In this document: positions 42,455 to 51,798 of the stretch, piece by piece | How the letters are laid out: every line of letters starts with the position of its first letter | Numbering within the stretch: position 1 is the stretch's first letter | Sequence record: NC_070882.1 | Length of the DNA: 64,000 nt | Reading direction: 5' to 3' (one strand) | The notes under the pieces: model-generated | Database searches by the model: none | Told to the model about the DNA's origin: nothing | What the model saw: only the letters and a program-made list of their open reading frames with translations | Made by a program: the position numbers and the translations under genes

Positions 42455-42847
42455 ATGTACGATCATAAAGAAGCTATGGACAATATGCATCAACGGATAG
42501 CTCTGCACAATGACTATTACATGGATGTCATTGCAGAAGGGATGAAGGTCATTGATGAGAACGGGGTAATCAAAACTATTCCTTTCTCTCGTAAACTAAA
42601 GCCACGTCGAAGCAGTATCTTCCTAAAGAAACGAATTGGGAAGAAACGTCATAAAAAGGAACAAGACCAAAATGACATCCTTAAATGGATCTATGATCTC
42701 AGGATGTATCTGGTCGAAGCAAATGGCGAAGATGAACGTGTAATCATTGACCAATTCAAAAACAAAATGAAGAGTGCCAACAACATGTACTTTAAGGCGC
42801 CGCTAATGAATCATTACGTCGGTGTAGCGATGGGTGACACACTGTGA
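42455..42847 (+). CDS. Hypothetical protein
   Basis: 130 aa, AGGA RBS. Confidence 0.6.
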   Translation: MYDHKEAMDNMHQRIALHNDYYMDVIAEGMKVIDENGVIKTIPFSRKLKPRRSSIFLKKRIGKKRHKKEQDQNDILKWIYDLRMYLVEANGEDERVIIDQFKNKMKSANNMYFKAPLMNHYVGVAMGDTL

Positions 42848-42991
42848 GAGACATTCTTATTGTCGAATCAGGTAATCCAGGGCGCGCCTCAGCACTTACT
42901 CTAATTGGCTCCATGGTTTTTAAAGACACCACCATACAAAAATAATCCCAGCTTGAGCTGGGTACTATAATGAACTATCGAGGACTCAGCT

Positions 42992-43342
42992 ATGCAAACA
43001 CACATCGATTTATTTACGGTTTACAGAGGGAAGTTGAACTCCCTGTTTACAGAAGAATTGGATCTCACTCTACAACAGGCAATAACACGAGTAGAGATCC
43101 TCTCCGATAATAAAGTTACAGACGAGTTTAATTGGTCTATCAGTCGGTCAAAAAATATAGATGGTTTGGTTGACACTATCTTTATTGTTCCGCGTGATCA
43201 ACAAGGTATTGTCGTTGCTTATATCGAACTTCAGTATGGTTCAAACCATTTTGAAACCTTTGTAAGTCCAAGTTATCGAACACGGTTTATTTCCGTAACA
43301 TTCGATTTGGAGGTTGATAATGGAACTAACTATACCGCTTAG
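42992..43342 (+). CDS. Hypothetical beta-rich protein
   Basis: 116 aa, GAGGA RBS. Confidence 0.6.
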   Translation: MQTHIDLFTVYRGKLNSLFTEELDLTLQQAITRVEILSDNKVTDEFNWSISRSKNIDGLVDTIFIVPRDQQGIVVAYIELQYGSNHFETFVSPSYRTRFISVTFDLEVDNGTNYTA

Positions 43343-43652
43343 TTTAGACAATAACTTCGAGCATGTTATTTTTAAATATGGTGATCTAACAGACTGTATA
43401 TCGGTACTAGACCGTAAAGGTAGGGTTGACAATACCTATTCCATTACAGTCGAGTTGGATGACTTGTTCGATGATGAATGGTTAGTTACAATTCAGGCTA
43501 AACCGAACTGCCGTCGCTTCCTAAAGTTCAAACGGTATTGGTTTAGATACAACTCAGCAACAGGTCGTTTTGCTGGCGATCCATTCTTCATTGCCGGGTT
43601 AAGAAAACGTTTTATTCATATCAAAACACCATCTGGCATATCGCTTCCCTAA
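43320..43652 (+). CDS. Hypothetical protein
   Basis: GGAGG RBS before ATG 43320; hairpin at 43643-43660 overlaps the stop. Confidence 0.6.
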   Translation: MELTIPLSLDNNFEHVIFKYGDLTDCISVLDRKGRVDNTYSITVELDDLFDDEWLVTIQAKPNCRRFLKFKRYWFRYNSATGRFAGDPFFIAGLRKRFIHIKTPSGISLP

Positions 43653-43718
43653 GGGGAGGCTTTATGCCTTTTTTTATTTTCCTAACCAATCCTGTAGATT
43701 ATTACAATCTGAGGATAT

Positions 43719-44114
43719 ATGAGTACTCGATTAAACTCCGTGTTTGTTGATCTTGAATACTATTTCCGTGGAACCTATTCTGAGCGCTTTAAATCACTTC
43801 GTAAGAATGGTATTGAAGCATTGGAATTCACAGACGTAGATATTGAAAGTATTATCAACGGTGATACACAAAAAGATGCAGACACACTAAAGTTTTATAA
43901 AGAAACTTGGTTAGAAAAACCAAGACATGTCTGTTTCACCATCTTCGAAAAACAAAGAAACCGTGTCTTAGTCGAGCTGCATGTTGAACTCGATAAGAAA
44001 CGTATATATTGGAAGAAACCTATTACGCGTTGGAACATGCCTAATTTTAAGCTACGTCTTAAGATAGTACAGGATACATCTAAACGTAATTGGTCGGGAT
44101 CGGAGCAATTATAA
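43719..44114 (+). CDS. Hypothetical protein
   Basis: 131 aa, GAGGA RBS. Confidence 0.65.
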   Translation: MSTRLNSVFVDLEYYFRGTYSERFKSLRKNGIEALEFTDVDIESIINGDTQKDADTLKFYKETWLEKPRHVCFTIFEKQRNRVLVELHVELDKKRIYWKKPITRWNMPNFKLRLKIVQDTSKRNWSGSEQL

Positions 44115-44539
44115 TGTCAGCACAACGTGTTATTATACCAATGTACCACGGGGTAAAAGGGGACTTGAAGCAGTTCTTCTATTCACATGATGGTAATTTA
44201 AAATTAACTGAAGTGTTTTGGCTAGTACCAGTAGCTGTCTTCACTCCAGATGGATTAAACGTTTTCGAATTCAAGACAATACCTACAACTGCTCGATACG
44301 AAAACAATCTTACGTTCGAGGTTTGGGATAAGCTTCGTAATAGTACGCCTAAACTTGTAGCTACTGTAAAAATCGACACCATTGCAGATAGTTATGTTGT
44401 TGAAGTTTCTGAGCGATATATGAAAAACCGTTTCACGATGGAATTCAATTTAATTATCGCAAATCGAGAACCTGATCCAGCTTTGCTGTATCGGAACAAT
44501 ACCCATCATGGCGACATTCACTATAAAGGTAAACTTTAA
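44114..44539 (+). CDS. Hypothetical beta-rich protein
   Basis: TAATG coupling at both ends. Confidence 0.6.
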   Translation: MSAQRVIIPMYHGVKGDLKQFFYSHDGNLKLTEVFWLVPVAVFTPDGLNVFEFKTIPTTARYENNLTFEVWDKLRNSTPKLVATVKIDTIADSYVVEVSERYMKNRFTMEFNLIIANREPDPALLYRNNTHHGDIHYKGKL

Positions 44540-44703
44540 TGGGTGATAAGAGTGAACGTATAGCTCTACTAGAGCAGCGTTTAGACGATATGGCGATCCA
44601 GTTTGAATCTATAGTAAAAATGCTAAGTGAATCAAGACGGATCATCGAACGCCAGCAGACAGCATTGGCTAGTTTGCAACGTAAAGTTAGTCGCAAGTCC
44701 TAG
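44539..44703 (+). CDS. Small coiled-coil protein (54 aa, not in ORF track)
   Basis: MGDKSERIALLEQRLDDMAIQFESIVKMLSESRRIIERQQTALASLQRKVSRKS; TAATG coupling. Confidence 0.55.
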   Translation: MGDKSERIALLEQRLDDMAIQFESIVKMLSESRRIIERQQTALASLQRKVSRKS

Positions 44704-44711
44704 GAGAGCAT

Positions 44712-45212
44712 ATGTCCGTAAACATTCATCAATTCTCGCACGGCCTATCGTTCTGCACTGCTGTTATTCAGTATCACAAACTCGTGACATTCATACAACA
44801 GCATACAGAATCTAATTCACTCTCCATCGAGAAAGGGTCAAGTCTATATACGCAGTTTATTGAATGGTTCAATAATAACTGCGAGTGGATTCCATCAACT
44901 GCAAAGTCGGATCCAGAACTAATTCGTTTTATGGTATCCGCCGATGTTTCTGGTTATGATGACCCTAGATCCATTGTTTACGAAACAACAAGTCAGCTCT
45001 ATGGAATAAATGGTAGGGGTCTTCTGACTGAACATGCTATAAATTCAATGGTTGAGAACGTTAAAGAATATTTCGAGAGTAACAACTCTAATGTCATATT
45101 TGGAGACGAGAATACATTCATTGAACTTATTACAGATGGGACACCCAATGGAACTAAGATGTATTCCATTGTCTTCATCGACGTTAATGAGGCTACCCCA
45201 AAGAAAGAATAA
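44712..45212 (+). CDS. Hypothetical protein
   Basis: 166 aa, AGGAG RBS. Confidence 0.65.
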   Translation: MSVNIHQFSHGLSFCTAVIQYHKLVTFIQQHTESNSLSIEKGSSLYTQFIEWFNNNCEWIPSTAKSDPELIRFMVSADVSGYDDPRSIVYETTSQLYGINGRGLLTEHAINSMVENVKEYFESNNSNVIFGDENTFIELITDGTPNGTKMYSIVFIDVNEATPKKE

Positions 45213-45264
45213 GATACGCTGTAGTGTATTATATTCTGACCTAACAACCAAAGGTACCAACGTG

Positions 45265-45630
45265 ATGCAATGTTTTACACACGTAATGCGGCTAATGGTT
45301 GTAGCTGGAATCTTAATGGTTCCACTGCAAGCTGAAGCTACAGAGGTGCGTGTCGATGAGGTTTATTGTGAAGCACTAGCACTAGCTGCTCATGCTACAG
45401 CAGAAGCCCGCGGCCGTTCTGAACCCATTGCAAAATGGAAACAGAACCTCCTTGCCCTAAAGGGATACGGTGTGAAGGACAAAGATAACGTTCTTTACAA
45501 AATCCTGCCCAAAGCTATTCAAGACGTCCGTGGTATATACGACGCTAAGGATAGTCCGCGAGACGCATACATGGCATCGTTTGATTCATGCATGTCTGAA
45601 GATTACGGCAAAATGGTCGTGATTAGGTAA
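45265..45630 (+). CDS. Exported hypothetical protein
   Basis: Signal-peptide-like MRLMVVAGILMVPLQAEA; two Cys; hairpin at 45642-45661 follows. Confidence 0.55.
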   Translation: MQCFTHVMRLMVVAGILMVPLQAEATEVRVDEVYCEALALAAHATAEARGRSEPIAKWKQNLLALKGYGVKDKDNVLYKILPKAIQDVRGIYDAKDSPRDAYMASFDSCMSEDYGKMVVIR

Positions 45631-45690
45631 TGGTACATTTGGCCCTCCCTTCGGGGAGGGCTATATGTCGTTTTTTATTTTACTTACGCT

Positions 45691-45715
45691 AAAAAATATC
45701 TCAGATCTACATCAT
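45691..45715 (+). promoter_or_regulatory. Candidate early promoter (variant)
   Basis: AAAAAATATCTCAGATCTACATCAT aligns with the other copies. Confidence 0.5.
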
Positions 45716-45752
45716 GTGTTTGATCCCCCTACACACCCAACGAGGAAAATCA

Positions 45753-46268
45753 ATGTCTTTTATATCTGCGGAATCTTTCACTAATTGGAAGTTCTATAAG
45801 GAACTGAGAAAACAGCATCGCGAACATTTACAACTGTGTCGACACCGAGCAATTTTGTTCTTTGGTGATGTAATAGGTAGACCCAGGTTGCATATTGATG
45901 GTATTTTATTCAAAGATCTATTTGTCATTCCAGATGTCTTCGTTGTAAGTGGTGGTGACGAGGATTCATTCGATCATCGACTGGAAGAACTGGACAAAGA
46001 AATATGTGTGATCATGAACAATGTCTTCGTACAGCTTGAAGCGGAAGCTATCAACGATTACTACAAAAGTTCTTCACGAGGTGTTACTATTCGTCCTAAT
46101 GGAGAAACTCCAGTAAAAGACGATGTTGTTATTGGTGAAGGGAAAATTTATATCTGTGATGGCAATGGCAATCTAAACTTACTTTCGAACGAACCTGGTG
46201 TAGTCTATGCGTCGACAACTCCATGGTATCTTAAGCCATGGAATTTCATAAAGAACATGTTCCGTTGA
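45753..46268 (+). CDS. Hypothetical protein
   Basis: GAGGA RBS before ATG 45753. Confidence 0.65.
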   Translation: MSFISAESFTNWKFYKELRKQHREHLQLCRHRAILFFGDVIGRPRLHIDGILFKDLFVIPDVFVVSGGDEDSFDHRLEELDKEICVIMNNVFVQLEAEAINDYYKSSSRGVTIRPNGETPVKDDVVIGEGKIYICDGNGNLNLLSNEPGVVYASTTPWYLKPWNFIKNMFR

Positions 46269-46275
46269 GGTAATC

Positions 46276-46707
46276 ATGTATCCATTCCAGAAACCCAATG
46301 AGCTGCAACCACGTCATGAACTTGATGGTGATGTTATTACCAATCGTTGGGTTCCGGGTGTAGCACCGCGTACTTTAAAAGAACTCAAAGAAGTGCATGC
46401 TAACCTTCCCAAAGGTGATCTTAGTGCTCTCGATGAATTCAGCCGATCGGTTAGTCAATCCATCGATGCTTATCTCATTGAAGATAGCGATGAGTCTAAT
46501 ACAGCTGTAAAGAAAATAATCTCGGAATCCAAGACATGGAACATTAGTGTCTATACGGGTACCCAGATCCATCACATACTCACGGCCAATCCCAAAATGG
46601 CAAATGGTCCTGAAGATGTAGGTTACTTCAAGAAATACCGTGATCACATGTCTTCTCTCAATAAAGAAAAGAAACTGATCACTTCTATCACTGAACGATT
46701 CCTTTAA
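46276..46707 (+). CDS. Hypothetical protein
   Basis: 143 aa, GAGG RBS. Confidence 0.65.
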   Translation: MYPFQKPNELQPRHELDGDVITNRWVPGVAPRTLKELKEVHANLPKGDLSALDEFSRSVSQSIDAYLIEDSDESNTAVKKIISESKTWNISVYTGTQIHHILTANPKMANGPEDVGYFKKYRDHMSSLNKEKKLITSITERFL

Positions 46708-46721
46708 TCTGGAGACTCAAA

Positions 46722-47519
46722 ATGATCAAACTCACTTCCGCACTGAATCAAAAACTGGTTGAAGCATACTACAACTGGAATGCTGATAACAACATGTACC
46801 GCTTCGACTGTGTTATCGACGTAGGTTATCTGGCAGAACCGCTTCGTAAAATCATGATGCGTTCGAAAGATTTCAATGCCACTAATGGTACCATCGTTCT
46901 CAATCTGTCGGTAAATGCGTGCCGTCACATCGATTATTCGGGTGATTGCTTCTATGGTGAGATTGCTTTCTCGGGTATGCCTACCCGTCTGCATCTGCCG
47001 TGGCATTCTTTCATTGGTGTTAATGTACAGATCTCCGAGAATGCAAGTGTATTCTCTCCGTTCCCTAATGTCGATCGGATTTTGTTTGATGCCGAGAATC
47101 CGACGTATGTTCATCCCTTCCGCGATATTGCTAATGGTGCGCCTGGTACCGTCAGCATTGATATCGTAGATGTAATGGCATGGCTGGTAGAGAAGGGAAT
47201 CACCGATGTTCCCGTAGAGAAAGCGCTTGAACATGTACAGCACATGGTTAGCAATGATGACGATATGTTCTCGCAGTTCTTGTCTTATGTTTCTGAACGT
47301 TCAAATACTCGGAAACTAAAAGAACTGGAGGAAGCTGAAGATTTCATTGCTAATCAACCTGGTGTGGAGGTTAGTCCGATCAAGAAATCCCCCGAACTGA
47401 AGGTTGTTGATAAACCTCTTCTCGACTTTGGCGATCTTCCCGGTGCACCAGTTAATGTTGCTCCATCCCGTTATAAAGGCAAGCCGAAGCTTACCGTAAT
47501 TAAAGGAGGTAAAAAGTAA
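46722..47519 (+). CDS. sspB: SspB-like ClpXP adaptor
   Basis: IVLNLSVNAC...IAFSGMPTRLHLPWHSFIGV matches the SspB core (IVLNIS...ARFGG.P..V.VP..AVLAI); C-terminal KPKLTVIK resembles the ClpX-binding LRVVK tail. Confidence 0.7.
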   Translation: MIKLTSALNQKLVEAYYNWNADNNMYRFDCVIDVGYLAEPLRKIMMRSKDFNATNGTIVLNLSVNACRHIDYSGDCFYGEIAFSGMPTRLHLPWHSFIGVNVQISENASVFSPFPNVDRILFDAENPTYVHPFRDIANGAPGTVSIDIVDVMAWLVEKGITDVPVEKALEHVQHMVSNDDDMFSQFLSYVSERSNTRKLKELEEAEDFIANQPGVEVSPIKKSPELKVVDKPLLDFGDLPGAPVNVAPSRYKGKPKLTVIKGGKK

Positions 47520-47767
47520 TGTCTCTTGCAGGAGCTATTCTCATTAGCACTACTATTGTCTCTGGTATTTATGCTGGTGGTTCTTCTGAAACCACCACTA
47601 AGATGGAAAGCATTGACTCCTGTTGGAAAGCTGTAGGTGCTATTCAAGATACAACAGCAGCGAATGGAACTAAAGTTAAAGTCGTTCGTACTCAGGCCGG
47701 TGTGGTTCTGGAATACGAATTCGATAATAAAAACATTCGTCGCGAAATGTCATGCGTTTCAATGTAA
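47519..47767 (+). CDS. Small hypothetical protein with hydrophobic N-terminus
   Basis: 82 aa, AGGAGG RBS, TAATG coupling; hairpin at 47801-47820 follows. Confidence 0.65.
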   Translation: MSLAGAILISTTIVSGIYAGGSSETTTKMESIDSCWKAVGAIQDTTAANGTKVKVVRTQAGVVLEYEFDNKNIRREMSCVSM

Positions 47768-47851
47768 TATTATGTAGTTGATCGTAAAGGTCAGCGCACC
47801 GGGGCTCCTTCGGGAGCTCCATCTATTTTCTTTTTGTCGTGAGGTATAGAA

Positions 47852-48607
47852 ATGACATCTCCATTCGTAATGTCCCGTATCCATAAAGAGATCGCTGATG
47901 GTCTTTCTCTTGGTACTGTAGATATCGGACGCAAACCACTGGAGTTCGTATTTTGCACCCCCAGTTATGAAGAGTTTCAAGAACTCGTAGCTATCTCTGA
48001 TTTTGTCAAGCAACTTGGACATGACCTTAAAGTGTTTCATGGTACGCTTGATGCACTCGGAGACCACGCGGACGAGTTTGACTACTACATGACCGCGGGT
48101 AACTCATACGGGCATATGACCGGTGGATATGATGGTGCCCTAGCTGCCCGTTTTGTTAACATGCAGAAAAATGTGGTTCACGATATCAATCGTTTCCACA
48201 ACGGTGAGTTAAACGTAGGTTCCTGTGCTTGCGTTCAATTCACCAAACTTAATGGTATCACTGCAACACTCCTGTACACCCCTACGATGCGTGTTCCTCG
48301 CAGGCTACCCAAAGGTTCGGATGTTCCGTATCTAGCCTCTAAGGCAGCCCTAGATGGCATTGCTGGGTGTGAATGGTACGGTAAACAAAAGAAAGATTCT
48401 TTCCGTGTCCTCGGTTGCCTGATGGGAACCGGCACTGGTGTTATTCCAGCCCGAGTAGCTGTAACCCAATTTGCAATTGCGTTGTACAACTATACTTACC
48501 CGTCCAATGTAGAGAAGCTGTTTAAGGACGGTCAACGTACTGACAACGCTATTCGTGAAACCTGGAAAGAAGAGGGCGGGTTCTGGAAACTTCGTCTTGA
48601 GGAATAA
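47852..48607 (+). CDS. Macrodomain (ADP-ribose binding/hydrolase) protein
   Basis: TAGNSYGHMTGGYDGAL, YTPTMRVP and MGTGTG motifs of macrodomains. Confidence 0.75.
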   Translation: MTSPFVMSRIHKEIADGLSLGTVDIGRKPLEFVFCTPSYEEFQELVAISDFVKQLGHDLKVFHGTLDALGDHADEFDYYMTAGNSYGHMTGGYDGALAARFVNMQKNVVHDINRFHNGELNVGSCACVQFTKLNGITATLLYTPTMRVPRRLPKGSDVPYLASKAALDGIAGCEWYGKQKKDSFRVLGCLMGTGTGVIPARVAVTQFAIALYNYTYPSNVEKLFKDGQRTDNAIRETWKEEGGFWKLRLEE

Positions 48608-48609
48608 AC

Positions 48610-48876
48610 ATGGCATCCTTAATTAGCTATACCCCTGTTGAACGCAAACGAGAATTCGATCTGAAGTACAAACACAATAATAACATCCACTTCGTTATCG
48701 ACAACAGTCACACTGGTAATATGCCGGTCGTGGAATCAGTTGCAGATGGGTTTAAAGTCATCTGTACGGATTATCAGAATTTCAATATGCACCGCCGTGA
48801 CGAAAGTCCATATTGGGATCATTTCTACGAAGTAGCTGGTATCCCGAAATCCTACGACCCTGAGGAAAAGAAATGA
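48610..48876 (+). CDS. Small hypothetical protein
   Basis: 88 aa, GAGGA RBS. Confidence 0.6.
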   Translation: MASLISYTPVERKREFDLKYKHNNNIHFVIDNSHTGNMPVVESVADGFKVICTDYQNFNMHRRDESPYWDHFYEVAGIPKSYDPEEKK

Positions 48877-49181
48877 TTAGTTACGTTGCTGAAAGCACCA
48901 CTGAAGATTCGCTGGTTAAATACAAAGTCGACTTCGGTACTATTCCAACTCCCCGTAAACTGATTGCCATTAAGCAAAATGATGAAGTTTTCGAACTGGG
49001 TGAAATCAACACTGATGATAACACTTATCAGTATTACGATAAACGTAATAACCTAGTCGTAGCTGTTGTCAAATATGACGAATTCAATAACAGTATTCGT
49101 CTTCTTACCGAACGTAAACACACTGAGAATTATGAATTCATATTCGGTTCTCACTCGGTGAAATTCAAAGGTGAAAAATGA
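48873..49181 (+). CDS. Small hypothetical protein
   Basis: 102 aa, ATGA overlap. Confidence 0.6.
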   Translation: MISYVAESTTEDSLVKYKVDFGTIPTPRKLIAIKQNDEVFELGEINTDDNTYQYYDKRNNLVVAVVKYDEFNNSIRLLTERKHTENYEFIFGSHSVKFKGEK

Positions 49182-49582
49182 ACAATCAAACTGTAAACGC
49201 TTTACCTCTTCCAACTACTAATGAAGTCAAATTTTTGTTGACTCCGTTCAACAATTATAAACTGACTGTACCGCCGTCTCGTGGTCACTACTTCATCGGG
49301 TTGACTGAAGTCACTGCTTACATTAACCCAGGTAGCATGGGTATCATCGTACCCAGTTGCGATCACCTGATGGGTATCTCTCGCACTAGCAATAGTTCAG
49401 GCGATTACACTGAAGTTCAATACATGGCAACTGATGAACTTGTTCCGAACGGTGCTCGTGTGTGGGTTGATGGCGGTAGTATCCATTATGAATCTGATGG
49501 TGATGACGCCCGTGCCGAATCTGGTATCATTCTCCAAGTAACTGCAAAGTTCCTAAAGGTAGTTGAAGATGACAATCTCTGA
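49178..49582 (+). CDS. Hypothetical protein
   Basis: 134 aa, ATGA overlap. Confidence 0.6.
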   Translation: MNNQTVNALPLPTTNEVKFLLTPFNNYKLTVPPSRGHYFIGLTEVTAYINPGSMGIIVPSCDHLMGISRTSNSSGDYTEVQYMATDELVPNGARVWVDGGSIHYESDGDDARAESGIILQVTAKFLKVVEDDNL

Positions 49583-49907
49583 AATCGTAAGTCGTAATCT
49601 ACTGCAATCCACTGGTGCTTGGGCAGTCGTCCATAACCGTGCTACCATGGACTTCATTGCTATCGGTCATGACCGTAAGGTTATTAAAGGTATCAGTCTG
49701 GGTTATCCGGTGAATGTTGGTGATGTCGATTTCAGTCATGTCGTGGATGTCCCCATGACCTTCGAAATCAGTTATCAAAATGATCCTCATCTGGGTCATC
49801 CTACTGGTAATATGGAAGCTCTTCTGAAAGCTATTGAAGAAACTACCCATAAAACTCTAGGTCTTCCTAGCAAGTTTACCGTAGCTTCTAACGATGGAGG
49901 CGTTTAA
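49563..49907 (+). CDS. Hypothetical protein
   Basis: ORF coupled (TAATG) to thyA; start probably the ATG a few codons in. Confidence 0.55.
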   Translation: MKMTISEIVSRNLLQSTGAWAVVHNRATMDFIAIGHDRKVIKGISLGYPVNVGDVDFSHVVDVPMTFEISYQNDPHLGHPTGNMEALLKAIEETTHKTLGLPSKFTVASNDGGV

Positions 49908-51337
49908 TGCATCAGTATCTACAACTACTTGAAGATACCCAGAAGTACGGTGTATTTAAAGGTGACCGTACTGGTACGGGTACTACCTCTTTGTTCGGTA
50001 GACAGTTCCGCTATGATCTTCGTAACGGTAACCTCCCTGTAGTGACCACCAAGAAGATTCATCTTCCGTCGGTTGAAGAAGAACTCAACTGGATGAAGTC
50101 TGGTGACACTCGCCTTGAGTATCTCCTGAGCAAGAACGTTACCATTTGGAATGAATGGGTTAAACCAGGTACTGAAGTATTTGAAATTGTTTCTGATGAG
50201 TGGCTAACCACGGCTGTTCAGAAAAAGTTCAAAAACGTTCCATTTGAAATGCACTTCAGTAATGAGATCGGTGATGTTGATTGGAAGTGGATTGATCCCG
50301 AGCATGATAAATCCGCAATGCTTCTGATTAACCTGAAAGCATGGGGTGACGTTAATCGCTTTGGTCCAGGGCCAGATGCATTCGATTATTACGGGATGGC
50401 TCTACGTGTTTATCGTATTACCATTGGTGACTCGAAGATCGTAGTCCGTGACAATGATGGCATGCTCTGTGCTTATCGTTTGGTTGGTGGTGACCTAGGT
50501 CCGGTTTATGGTAAGACATGGCGTGATATTGATGACGTTCGGATTGTCCCCAAAGTCGACTGGGTTAACTACGAGAAACGTGGTTTTAAATTCGTGGTAG
50601 ACGTACCTGGTGAAGACTATACTAAAGACGAGTGTGTTATTCGTCGACGTGTGGATCAGGTTCAGGAACTCTTGTATCAACTGGAGCATAATCCGGATAG
50701 TCGTCGTCTGATTATCTGTGCCTGGGATCCTCGGTTGGTTGAAGATCAAGCACTGCCTCCATGCCACGCATTTATTCAGTTCTGGACCCGTGAACTGACT
50801 GTAGATGAACGAGTGCAAGCACTAGACCAAACCCAGTTCGAAGCTGATGCTTACCATGATCAGATTAGCGGCGGAACTACTCGCGGTCAACCTCCGTTCG
50901 GTAGTGCTGAACAGGTTAAAGCACATCTGCGTATCTGGCGCGGTGATAAACAGGCTACAGATGAAGCAGTGGTAGAATGGCTGGATCAGCATGGTGCTCC
51001 GAAACGAGCTATAAGTTGTCAACTCTATCAAAGATCGGCGGACGAATTTTTGGGCGTGCCCTTTAACATCATGTTCTATTCGCTGATGACTCATCAGTTG
51101 GCGAACCAGTTTAACATGGTAGCAGAAGAGTTCATCTGGACTGGTGGTGACTGTCACATCTACAGTAACCATGAGGAACAGGTTACTCTGCAACGTTCGC
51201 GGAATACTTATCCTACTCCTACCATCCGCTTCAAGCCTGAGGCCAAAGGTAAACCTTTCCTTGATATTACTCGGGAAGATTACGAGATTCTGGATTATCA
51301 GTTCCATCCGCACATTGCTGGTAAAGTTGCTGTTTAA
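49907..51337 (+). CDS. thyA: Thymidylate synthase with insertions
   Basis: DRTGTGT, PVVTTKK, IWNEW, GPVYG, SRRLII, ALPPCH, YQRSAD..LGVPFN, YSNH motifs; hairpin at 51345-51362 follows. Confidence 0.95.
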   Translation: MHQYLQLLEDTQKYGVFKGDRTGTGTTSLFGRQFRYDLRNGNLPVVTTKKIHLPSVEEELNWMKSGDTRLEYLLSKNVTIWNEWVKPGTEVFEIVSDEWLTTAVQKKFKNVPFEMHFSNEIGDVDWKWIDPEHDKSAMLLINLKAWGDVNRFGPGPDAFDYYGMALRVYRITIGDSKIVVRDNDGMLCAYRLVGGDLGPVYGKTWRDIDDVRIVPKVDWVNYEKRGFKFVVDVPGEDYTKDECVIRRRVDQVQELLYQLEHNPDSRRLIICAWDPRLVEDQALPPCHAFIQFWTRELTVDERVQALDQTQFEADAYHDQISGGTTRGQPPFGSAEQVKAHLRIWRGDKQATDEAVVEWLDQHGAPKRAISCQLYQRSADEFLGVPFNIMFYSLMTHQLANQFNMVAEEFIWTGGDCHIYSNHEEQVTLQRSRNTYPTPTIRFKPEAKGKPFLDITREDYEILDYQFHPHIAGKVAV

Positions 51338-51390
51338 CATAAACGCCTCCCTTCAGGGAGGCTTTATTTTCCTTTGGAGGTATACTTCTT

Positions 51391-51798
51391 ATGAACAATA
51401 TCGAACTTAAACATCAGCTTGAACTCGCCGTAGAACTGATGGGTGTAGACCCTGCTCCACTTAAAATCGGTATCGCTGGTGATCGAGTTGATACTGCAAC
51501 ACGATGCGGTATTTTCAATGGGAAAGATCCGGGTAGAGAATTCAGTATCGGTCTTGGAATTGTTAGCCGAAAGCAATGGCTTGAACTCACTGATGATTCC
51601 CTGATTCTCAATAAACCAAATAAAGATCCGATTGTCATTCCCTATGACGCTATCTACGAGTTGAACATTCCTCTGGAATATGGCGAACAAGCAGAAAAAG
51701 AAGGTTGGATGTATTACAACCTTCTTGGGGAATCGATGTTCATGTATTTGGATACCGGTAAAGAAGAGAAACTTCAACTAGCTAAGGTAGAAGCCTGA
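51391..51798 (+). CDS. Hypothetical protein
   Basis: 135 aa, GGAGG RBS. Confidence 0.65.
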   Translation: MNNIELKHQLELAVELMGVDPAPLKIGIAGDRVDTATRCGIFNGKDPGREFSIGLGIVSRKQWLELTDDSLILNKPNKDPIVIPYDAIYELNIPLEYGEQAEKEGWMYYNLLGESMFMYLDTGKEEKLQLAKVEA

